A stretch of DNA of 63,854 bases, the filler included. It is 16 parts of 16 records of this genome, joined end to end, with 100 filler letters (N's around TTAATTAATTAA, not from the genome) between each part and the next. Parts side by side here need not be neighbours in the genome. Positions count along the whole stretch, not along the records: positions 46,100 to 49,682 come from SRR7504441_19548; positions 49,783 to 52,950 come from SRR7504441_19551; positions 53,051 to 56,207 come from SRR7504441_19567; positions 56,308 to 60,426 come from SRR7504441_19573; 12 more parts are not named here. One strand, written 5' to 3'. The notes beneath the pieces are model-generated. The model had not been told where the DNA came from. It saw only the letters and a program-made list of their open reading frames with translations, and did not search any database. Position numbers and translations under genes: made by a program. Below are positions 47,437-56,664 of the stretch, in pieces (within the stretch, counting starts at the first letter, position 1; each line of letters begins with the position of its first letter).

Positions 47437-49665
47437 TCATGAGACCCCCAGAAGCCTTTTGATCATAGCCCCGATCGGCCCGGTCTGCCCACCTTTTTGG
47501 GTGGCATAGTTGTTGCCTAGCTGACCGTAGACGTCGACCATGCCCCTAAGATTCTCGTGGTTGTCAGGCCACTTGAACACATCAATCGGAGCGCCTGCAC
47601 ACGGCTTCAGGATCACAATCTTGTTCGCGATGGCGTAACGTGCAAAGGCGTCGTCGCTTCCCCCTGTTTGGTTGAACGGGCTCCCGCCGAAGGGTGCAAA
47701 GCACCCGCTCGGGAGGACGAGCAGGGAGCAGGTCCCGTTCTTGCAGGCCGGCGGGGTGAACAGCCACCCAGCAGGCGACATGCCGTACTTGATGCTGCTC
47801 AAGAACTCGAGCTGGTTGAACGGCTCCCAATAGTCCTGATTCAGCGGCGAGCCGGGCTCGATTGCCGGAGCAATGGGCACTGTGCCGAGCACATGCTTGA
47901 GGCACTCGCCCGGCCCATCGTACCCAGCCGGATCCGAGCGGTTGAAGTAGGGCGTCGAGTTCGTCGGCAGCGTGTGCGGGAAAGGCTGGTCCACGACGAG
48001 CTTTATCTGCGAGCTGTCATTGGCGTAGCGCTTGTGGAAGTTGGCAATGTTCTCCATGGCGCCCTTTTGGTAGCATCGGTCGTGAGTCGGGCCGAATGAG
48101 AAGACACGGGCCCCGGCGAGATGCACTTTGGGGTCGTCCACGTCTGCAGCGGTCTCGGCGACGCGGGCGAGGGTGTCGAGCTCCACCCAATGCGGGTGGT
48201 TCTTACAGTGGTCGTAGATGAGCGTGCCGTTCTCCGGGCACCCGATGCACTGCATGCCCGCGCCTGTCGCCCTCGCTTTGGGCACCAGATAGTCGTTTGT
48301 AAAGCGGGTGACGGCACAGCGATACGGCTGCCCCGAGAAGATGCAAGAGCCTGTCACAAGCGACGAGAAGGCGACGTGCAGCTGGTGGCTAAAGTCGGCT
48401 GTGTTAGAACAGCCGGCCGCGACGACCGTCGACCTGTCGATGTGCAGCGTTGGCAGCTTCACCGGGATTATGTGTCGTTCCTCGTTGCTGGTGGGCGTGG
48501 TGGCTGTGGCGGTGGAGGGACCGGCATCGAGCGTCCTCGGGGACGATGGAGGCACAATGCTCTTGCCCAGGAGGCGTTTGATCATGTTGCCTACCCCTCG
48601 CATGTGCGGCGCCGACTGCTGCGTGTAACCGCTTCCCAGCTGGCCATAGACGTCGAGCTTGCCGTCCTCGATCTCTTTAGCATATTTATATTTGGACTTG
48701 TCGACGTCTCCTCCCACGCACGGGTGCAGGAGGACGAGGCTGCTCCCCTCCGCATAGCGTGCAAACTGTTCCACGCTGTCGTCCGTCACCGCCGGGCTCG
48801 AGCCTGGGTCGCACTTTCCGGGCATGACCACCAGCCGGCACTGTGGCTCTCCGGCGGCAGCATCACTACTGCTAGCTCGGGAAGCACAAGCCTCAGGGAG
48901 GTATATCCACCCGGACTCTTGGAACCCCACGCCGGTCTCCGTGAGAGCCTTCTGGTCGAACTGCAGCCAGCTTGAGCTCCTCGTGTCTGCAGCAATCAGC
49001 CCGTGGCTGCTGCTGTTGTACACGTGCCTCAGACACTCGCCTGGCCCGTCATACCCGGCCGCTTCGGTCTGGCCTGAAAACGCCGTCGCGTTGATCGGCA
49101 GGACATGAGGGAATGGGAGGTCCGTGACAAGCCTGATGGTCGCCGCCGGCTCTGCGATCATTTGGGCAAGCAGTGCGACTGTGTTCTCGACCGCCCCATC
49201 CTTGTACACGCCGTCCTTAGAGCCCCTAAAAGCGAAGACTCGGGCCGGCTTCAAAAAGTCCACGTCGTCGAAGCACTCGGAGATCGAGATCGGGTTCTGC
49301 CCGCAATGCCGGCGAGGGTAGTCCACCAGCGATCCGACGTCCACGACGTGCGGTGAGGACTTGCAGTGGTCGAATGGCATGCGCGTGCCTGGAGTGCAGC
49401 CGTCGCAGTTCGGAACGTGGGTCCAGGGAGTCCACGGCTCGATGGTGTCCTGCGCAAACTTGGAGGTAGCGCAATGGAAGGGCTGCGCTGCAAACAAGCA
49501 CGAGCCGGCCACAGTCTGACTGTATGCCACGTGGAGCTGGTGCGCAAAGTCTGCGGCGTGATCAAAGCCAACCGATATAACACTGCTGGCGTCGATGGTG
49601 GCAGTAAGGGTGGGCAGCGGCGGAGCCGCAGCGCTGACCGAGACAAGTAAGAAGGCGATCCTCAT
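47437..49665 (-). CDS. Secreted tandem two-domain poly(3-hydroxybutyrate) depolymerase-like esterase, intronless
   Basis: Signal peptide. Two homologous halves, each with A(D)F.HQLHVA(Y/F)S, G.C.F..QP(F/Y).CA, PFPH.LP, GYDGPGECL.H, GW.Y/F.P.AC and DVYGQLG..Y.. Confidence 0.75.
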   Translation of the reverse strand: MRIAFLLVSVSAAAPPLPTLTATIDASSVISVGFDHAADFAHQLHVAYSQTVAGSCLFAAQPFHCATSKFAQDTIEPWTPWTHVPNCDGCTPGTRMPFDHCKSSPHVVDVGSLVDYPRRHCGQNPISISECFDDVDFLKPARVFAFRGSKDGVYKDGAVENTVALLAQMIAEPAATIRLVTDLPFPHVLPINATAFSGQTEAAGYDGPGECLRHVYNSSSHGLIAADTRSSSWLQFDQKALTETGVGFQESGWIYLPEACASRASSSDAAAGEPQCRLVVMPGKCDPGSSPAVTDDSVEQFARYAEGSSLVLLHPCVGGDVDKSKYKYAKEIEDGKLDVYGQLGSGYTQQSAPHMRGVGNMIKRLLGKSIVPPSSPRTLDAGPSTATATTPTSNEERHIIPVKLPTLHIDRSTVVAAGCSNTADFSHQLHVAFSSLVTGSCIFSGQPYRCAVTRFTNDYLVPKARATGAGMQCIGCPENGTLIYDHCKNHPHWVELDTLARVAETAADVDDPKVHLAGARVFSFGPTHDRCYQKGAMENIANFHKRYANDSSQIKLVVDQPFPHTLPTNSTPYFNRSDPAGYDGPGECLKHVLGTVPIAPAIEPGSPLNQDYWEPFNQLEFLSSIKYGMSPAGWLFTPPACKNGTCSLLVLPSGCFAPFGGSPFNQTGGSDDAFARYAIANKIVILKPCAGAPIDVFKWPDNHENLRGMVDVYGQLGNNYATQKGGQTGPIGAMIKRLLGVS

Positions 49666-50003
49666 AGTGGCCTCAAGTAGCCNNNNNNNNNNNNNNNNNN
49701 NNNNNNNNNNNNNNNNNNNNNNNNNNTTAATTAATTAANNNNNNNNNNNNNNNNNNNNNNNNNNNNNNNNNNNNNNNNNNNNAAGTGAACAAAATTTTAT
49801 CTAGCATTACATGTATCGGTAATTGTTAGGTGCTGGCTTTGATCGGGCACTAGCGGATAGGTGCAGGAGTGCGTACTCACATACTCTACTTGTATAACTT
49901 GTATACTACCCATGCACATAACCTCGCGGTGCCAAGCATTAGCTGCAGCGGTATGAAGTACTCTAACTTTCCGTTATAACTGCCAGGGTGCCCAGAAGTA
50001 GGG

Positions 50004-50660
50004 ATGGGCAACGCGGTGCTAGCTCCTGGAGCGGTGGTTGAGCCCGGGGCCCGCGTACGGGCTGGGGCGAAGATCGGCGTGGGCGCCCGGGTGTGCACAG
50101 GCGCTATAGTGCGCGAGGGCTCAATCCTCGGCGAGAACGTGCGGGTTGCCCCGGGGGCCGATGTGGGCGGCTCAACGCTGGGACCGGGGTGCGTTGTGAT
50201 GCCAAATGCAAAAGTGCGCGGGTCGCGCATCGGGCGGGGCTGCACGGTCGGGGAGGCGGCCAAAGTGCGCGATTCGGTGCTAGGAGACCGTTGTAATCTC
50301 GGCCTGGGCTCTGTGATACGGTAGCTCTCCGGCAGGACCTGGCTGAACCGGGCGGGCAGGCGATCGCGTCTGTGCGCTGATGCGGTGATCCCACCGCACC
50401 ACAGAGTATGCGACCGGGCGGTAGAGTCGCCGCTCGGGGCGCATCCGCGGTGGGTTGACGCGGAGGAATGGCAGGCCGCCGGGGTTGAACAGCCCTCGCC
50501 ACCAAGTTTTGAGGACGCGCTGGAGAGCGACCTGCAGAGGGTAAGTGAGGGCATAGTGCCAGAGATGCAGCCCACCTATGCTGGCGCTCGGGTGAGTCGG
50601 CGTGCTGCACCTGATTATAATGTCACGCAAACACGAGTACACGTTAACTCGTACTCGTAA
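50004..50660 (+). CDS. Left-handed beta-helix (hexapeptide repeat) protein, 1 intron
   Basis: Repeats of [LIV]-G-x-x-[AC]-x. GT-AG intron at about 50321-50359. Start uncertain. Confidence 0.7.
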
Positions 50661-51678
50661 GACTAATAGTACTCGTAGACATGAATAGTGAATAGGACAC
50701 AAAGCACTCGTACAATTCATTGAACCAGGCGCGCTAAGGCCCATCACTAGATCCCACCTAGCCGGGCTCGTCTAGCTTTCAGCCCATTAGATTCCGCTAG
50801 CATTGTACTAGCGTTGTACAAAAGCGTTGGGCCTTGCCGATATCGATGAGATATGGATAGTGCCGGCTGCATCTTGCTGTTGTCTCGCTGTCTCGATCGA
50901 CAGCCGCTATCAGCGAGTCTCAACCAACCGGCCCTGCTTCCGACCGAGAAGACTCACACCCACCCACGGGCCAGCCCGACTGCATCAGCCGAGGGTGCTC
51001 CTCGCGCTCCACCTTCTCCAGCTGCACCCACCACCTGCACTTGCCGACCGTAGGTCCAGCTAATCAAGCTTGATCCCAGGCCCTCGAAGCCGCCCTCGGT
51101 CATCACCTCTGTCGCGCCCCCGCCGTCCCCAGCTCACGGCGACTGCTCCCCGGACGCTGCCCCTCGCATTTGGTGGCCCGCTTGGCTCCAGCCCGCACAC
51201 CGGCACCTTCCCACTCAGCCGCGACGCTGTCCGACGGTGCGTTGTCCGCGGTGCAGAGAGGCCGGCAGCGCACGCAGTCGCTGCAAATGACCCGTGGTCT
51301 TCCGGTAACTCGCCTTGAAAAGCGTGACAGCTAGCTTGAACAGTAGGTCAAAAAGTAATAATACAGAGTGATAATTGTGTATACTTTTTAACAGACTAGT
51401 GGTCTCAATACAGCGTCACAGAACTCAAAATCTGTCATTTCCGGCATTCCAGTCTGTGGAATTCACGGACCCGCAGTCATTAGTCTCGATCAGTCACACA
51501 CTTCCGTGATTCCAGCTGAAATCAGCGGACGCCTTGGAATGCGCTGAGCTCAGCGCGGCTATGCCTGCCCAGAACCCCGATAGACCGGCAGGCCAGGCTG
51601 GACCGGACGGCCTGAGCCTCCCATGCTTTTCTCATATGAACCCGGTGCAAGCCCGTCCGGTGCGCGAACTGCAGCTGA

Positions 51679-52645
51679 ATGGCCCGGCAGATAGTAAACG
51701 AAACAGCGCTCTCCCCGCCGCCGCGCAAGTTTCAGCCTGACGACTTCTTGCTGGATATCACGCTGGACATCCCGATGGAGGGGCCTCGGCCAGAGGTCGT
51801 CCAGACATCACCACCCCAAAGCGAATGGGCCGAGGTCGCTGGCCCGAGCCCGCCCCCGCTCTATCCGGGGTGGTGCTCGCTCATGGCGGTCGCCCAACAA
51901 ACGCCAATCCCGGCGGTACAGATGCCGGTGGTGGCGTCCCAACCTTCTTCGGATGCTAACAAACCGGCGGTGAGCCGGCTCAAAGCTGCACGCCGGGTTG
52001 ACTGCCAGGGGGCAGCCCGCACTACACAAGCCTGCGTTCGAATCAGTTGAAGTCAAGCCGCAGCGAATGCTCGCGGAATTGGGAATGCCGGAACACAGGA
52101 TCGCAAGTGCTCGAGACAGGTAATCACTTAGGGCCTCGTTAGTGCGTTGCTTCTAATCTGCGTACAGGCGAGCAAGGGTTGCCGTAGCGTGGGGGAACAG
52201 ATACAACAAACCTGTCAAGATCACACGCAAGAAGAATGCAAATCGGCAGCGCGCCGCAACCCGGCGGGCGCGTTCCCAGAACGGATCATTCAATAAGCAA
52301 AGCATGCTGAAAGGTGAGCCATCCATGCTAAACTTTCAAAAGTTAGATCGATGAGTGTAACACAGATTTGGAAGAGGTTCGAGACAATCCAGGGGGGCTG
52401 ATGGACACATCCTTCGTTGAGAGGACAGGTCTCGATTGTTCATATGCTTACCTTGAGATCTGCCTCGATGTGCAGATGATCATTCGGAGGCTGATATGAC
52501 GACAGCGAGTTCAAGCAATACTCAAGGAAGTGCTCCTGATGGAGGACCATCGTTACGCCACTCCACTATAGAAGAGGCAAATGATCCCGAACCTGCATCA
52601 GCCTTCGCCGAATTCTTTGGAGGCATGACAGCCTCTTTTGAGTAA
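51679..52645 (+). CDS. Putative NF-YA/CCT-like DNA-binding protein; 3' exons solid, 5' part unresolved
   Basis: Exons from 52009 splice (introns 52120-52167, from 52314, from about 52428) into an open frame containing HRIASARDRRARV...KKNANRQRAATRRARSQNGSF, ending at TAA 52643-52645. Confidence 0.5.
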
Positions 52646-53050
52646 CTCAAGTATTTCTACTCAACCACTTGAGCTTCATGACAAACCATTGTCACCTTCG
52701 TCAACAAGCTTTTGGGTTTTGCAATGTATCTAGAAGTCCTATAATCGAAGTTGGATAGTTGAATAGTTAGTAGGATAGTTCGTTGGATAGTTAGTTAGGT
52801 TAGGACTAGGAGGACCGAGACTGAAATTGTTAATGAAAAGTGATGTGCATTCATCATTTATACCAAGCGTTGCGGTCAAAATGTTATTGAACATTATTTG
52901 GCATCCGATTAGCAGATTAGCAGTTACGCTCGGTCACGTCTCAACCGTGCNNNNNNNNNNNNNNNNNNNNNNNNNNNNNNNNNNNNNNNNNNNNTTAATT
53001 AATTAANNNNNNNNNNNNNNNNNNNNNNNNNNNNNNNNNNNNNNNNNNNN

Positions 53051-56000
53051 GCCCCCCCCCCCCCCCCCTCAATAACTAGCTCGCCCGCACCCCAGCGGTC
53101 AGGACACGTTTGGCGCCTCGCCCGCCGAGCCGCCGGACCGGTCACCTGGACCGGCCGTACTCAGCAGCAACCACTCAGTGCTGTCCGTTGAGCAGGTACT
53201 CGACTCGCCGCCGCCGGAGCTGGGGGGACGTGATGGTCATGATCCTTGCCCTGCTCGGTCCCGCCCCCCGCACCCTGACCGCCGCCAGCCTACCGGCAGA
53301 TCTACTGGCCTCGCTGGCGTTCGCGATCGGGCGGGCGGCCACCGGCTCGGGCCCCAGCTGCGCGGCCCAGGGGTTTGTGATCCAGACCTTCGCGCTGAGC
53401 ACGGCGCGCGCCTCGATTGGGTGCAGCGTTACCCCCCGCGGCAGGTGCTCTGGACCACCTGCATCTCGGCTAACCTTTTCGGATGGGTCTGCCTGGTGCC
53501 GTGTCCGTTAAATCCGTTGAAATCCGTTGGGTGGACAGCGCCAGCCCGAGCAGCGGCTCCGGCGGATGCTGCCTTGGTACCTCATAGTCTCTATAGGCCT
53601 TCCGTTAGGGTTCGCGATTCTAGCCGCCGGGTGCGTGTGTCCGTTGGGAGGTTCCGTTGGAACTGTGCCGTTGGGGCAGGTATGACTTGTATGAGGATTC
53701 GATTCTCTGGTGCTGGCTCGGCGGGACCGGCTGGCAGTTCGGGCTGTTCTACGTCTGGGTGGCCACCAGCCCAACAGACTTAATATTATTAATATTAATC
53801 ATTAACGGACTTACAATAGACAGGTGCTGCTCTCCTGGCTGACAGTTGTGGTGCTGGTGCTCTTCGTCCGAGGCCAAATCCGTAAACGCCGCCGACTGGC
53901 CGCCGGATCCGACGCTGACGCTGATCGGTACACGCCGCTGTATATATACAATGTTAGTCCAGCCCGACTGTATTTTAACGGAAATTACAGCCCGGTGCTG
54001 GCTCGGCTGCAGCAGTATGTGGCCAGTTTCTTGATCATATGGGCAGTTGGCCTGACCAACCGCGCGGTGCCATTGTCTGCGCGGGGCGCCGGTCACGAGG
54101 CCGTTGTCAGGTGACGGCCGCTGCAGGGCCGCAGTTCTGGTTAATGCTGCTGCACGTGCTGTTCGTCCCTTCCCAGGGACTGGTCAATGCGCTTATTTAC
54201 GGTGTCCGTTGGTGAGATTTCCGTTGAGCAACGGTGCAGGCTCCTTGCTGCAGAGGCTGCTGGCTAGTGCGGGCTGCTTGGAGTCTGTACCAGCGCAGCA
54301 GAGCGAGCCAGGTGTGTGTGGGGGGGGGGGGGGGGCTGAAGGGCGGCAGAGTGGCAGCCGCTTCGGCCGGCGGAGGCGGCGGGGGGGGGACGCGTCTCAG
54401 TGAAGGTGCGAGCTTACGTTCTTAAATGGCTGTTAGTATTGCATCTGGCTGCAGGCAGCCCCGCGCTGCTAGCACTACCAGAGTCTAGCATCACACTGTT
54501 TGGTCAGGTCTGGTCTGGCACCTTCAACATGGGCTCGGAGCCCGCAGTTAGCGCCGAGTTTCTGCCTCTTGGGGCTCAACTCTACTTCCTTGCAGTCCAG
54601 GCGCTGCCCAATAACCGACACTGTCCTATCTGAGTGAGGCACCCCGCAGGAGTGCATGGACGTGGAGCAGATATGTCAGCTGGTCAGAGCACGGCTGCAA
54701 GGTGGCAGCCACATACAGCGACTGCAAGGTGATTGTGCTGGCGTAGGTCAGTTTAAAGAGTTCCGAGCTGTCGAAGGCTCCATTAGACTCTACAACGGGT
54801 GCCTGCCTGATAGAGGGCCTGTCACACGCTCCGATTAGGTTCATAGCTCTGCTCTGCTGGGCGAGTCAAGAGCTCATCGACTCCGGACAAATCTCTCTCA
54901 AAGATGTAACCCCAATAATACTAACAACAGCCACAAGCCCGGGGGCGCAGGATGTAGCCAGGAGCGCCGTCGAGTGCGGAGTCAACCTCGGGGTCAAGAG
55001 AGCTTTCAATAAAGGGGCAGTGGCGATGCGCTTCGCGGTGGGAGCGAGTTCGCTGGCAGTGGTTGGATGCCACCTCACATCTGACTCCGACGGCAAGAGC
55101 AAGGCTGGGGATACGGGTGCACAGGGCTGATCGGTTCGCAGGTGGAGGCTCGTCGAAGTGATTTGAGCAAAATTGTGTCAGAGCTGCAGTTAGATTACGA
55201 CGGCAATGGGGTTGTGGGCGACTTCACGCTCACGCAGCACCACTGTATCCTGCTGGGCGATTTAAACTTTCGAGTGGTGTCACGCACCTTCTTAATTAGG
55301 AAATATCTCCGGATGTGTGACACTGTAGTGCTGGTGCAGGGGCTGCCTCCGGAGGCGGCACTCGATCTGATTTCGAGGCAGCGCTGGGCGACGCTGCTCG
55401 AACACGACGAGCTCTCGCAAGACTTGTCGAGCGGCGCGGTGTCACACCTTCCTAATTGGGAAACATGTTAACGTCTTCCTGATTAGGGCATTCCAGGTGC
55501 TGCACGGATGGGAAGAAGATCCGATCAGGTGAGTCGGAGGGCGGATGTTTGCTGATGCCGGTGGCAGCTTCGCTCCCAGCTATCGGCTGGTTAAAGGCAG
55601 GACCGTAGACCCTATGGGCGCAGGTGTGACACCTTCCTAATTAGGAGATTGTATAGCTTAACACCTTCCTAATTAGGGCATAGCTTAACGCCTACGGGCG
55701 CAGACACACCGTCGGCTGAACAGCTCGAGCGCCGGTGCTACACGACAGAGGTGCGTGTGACAAGCCCGATGCTGTTGAGTCTCCAAAGGTCGGAAGCGCC
55801 ACGGGGAAGCGATCGAGCCGGACGCCTTCGTATACTGACAGAGTAACTGACAATTTCTATTTTCGGCACAGTGCGTGGGATAGGTTTTGTATCGGTCGCT
55901 GCCGGATCTGACGGGCGGTCTGGCCTGCCTGGAATATGGCGCAAGCCCGATGATCACGTCGAGTGACCACTTCCCGGTGAGGCTTGTACTTTAAGTGCTA

Positions 56001-56207
56001 GTACAGGTTCTGCTGTATAGTAGTACTGCTGCTGTGCTGACTGGCCGCAGGTGGGCGCGTTGTTTGAATGCAGCAGCGCGTTGGTGAGGCCTGCTCTGAT
56101 GGCTCAAGTGTCCATCAGACTGTCGAGCCTCACTCAACATGAGACTGCAGACCAGCCAGAGACCGTGCAGGCGAGCCGCATAGCTTAACACCTTCCCGAT
56201 TAGGAGA
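53051..56207 (+). CDS. cAMP-receptor-like (Dicty_CAR/Git3-type) GPCR fused to an inositol polyphosphate 5-phosphatase; partial at both ends
   Basis: GPCR part: DLLAS, CAAQGFVIQTF, LWTTCIS, WCWL, LFYVW, RLQQYV..FLIIW, SQGLVNALIYG. Phosphatase part: GTFNM, AVQE, NKGAV, VGCHL, GDLNFR, FAPSYR, PSYTDRVL, SDHFPV. No stop codon between them after splicing. Confidence 0.85.
55277..56207 (+). mobile_element. Introner-like repeat family, core (GTGT[C/G])ACACCTTCCTAATTAGG, in introns 55277-55339, 55439-55496, 55624-55703 and at the contig end 56178-56207
   Basis: Shared sequence among different introns of one gene, palindromic core CCTAATTAGG, and a 13-nt flanking direct repeat at one copy. Confidence 0.7.
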
Positions 56208-56307
56208 NNNNNNNNNNNNNNNNNNNNNNNNNNNNNNNNNNNNNNNNNNNNTTAATTAATTAANNNNNNNNNNNNNNNNNNNNNNNNNNNNNNNNNNNNN
56301 NNNNNNN

Positions 56308-56605
56308 GCTCCTCGCACACCCGCTCGCCCAGCTCCCCCCGCACCGCATCGACCGCTCGCTGGAGCCGCTTGCTGGCCCGGGCAGCAGTAGCGAACGGCC
56401 TCGGGTGCACCGGCAGCCAGCCGGCGCACAGGGTGACGATGTGGTCGTCCAGCCGCGCCAGCTGGTCGGACATGCGCCGGTGCGAATTCAAGACGGCGTG
56501 GTCCGTCTGTGCACCTTCAGCTGCTGCAGCTGCTGCTGCTGGCGTTGGAAGCTGCCCGCACGCCTCCAGTTGGCGCCTCGTGACATCCTCTTCGTAGCGC
56601 CACAT
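56308..56605 (-). CDS. Hypothetical protein (3' partial)
   Basis: ATG at 56605, open to the contig edge, divergent from the next gene. Confidence 0.4.
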
Positions 56606-56664
56606 CCAGTCACTGCCGAGTGCCGTGCACCGCCACTTTCAGTTCAACGGAAGCTTTTTGTTTG

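Noticed and set aside
28093-49665. A bacterivory or ABC-import gene cluster (SBP, NAL, ABC ATPase, racemase, depolymerase)
   Set aside because: The genes lie on different contigs. Only the racemase and depolymerase are physically linked.
52750-52812. Telomere-like GTTAG/TTAGG repeats
   Set aside because: Too short and irregular, and not at a contig end.
55624-55703. CRISPR-like repeat-spacer structure in the CCTAATTAGG repeats
   Set aside because: The copies lie inside spliceosomal introns, spacing is irregular, the sequence between them is coding exon, and there are no cas genes.
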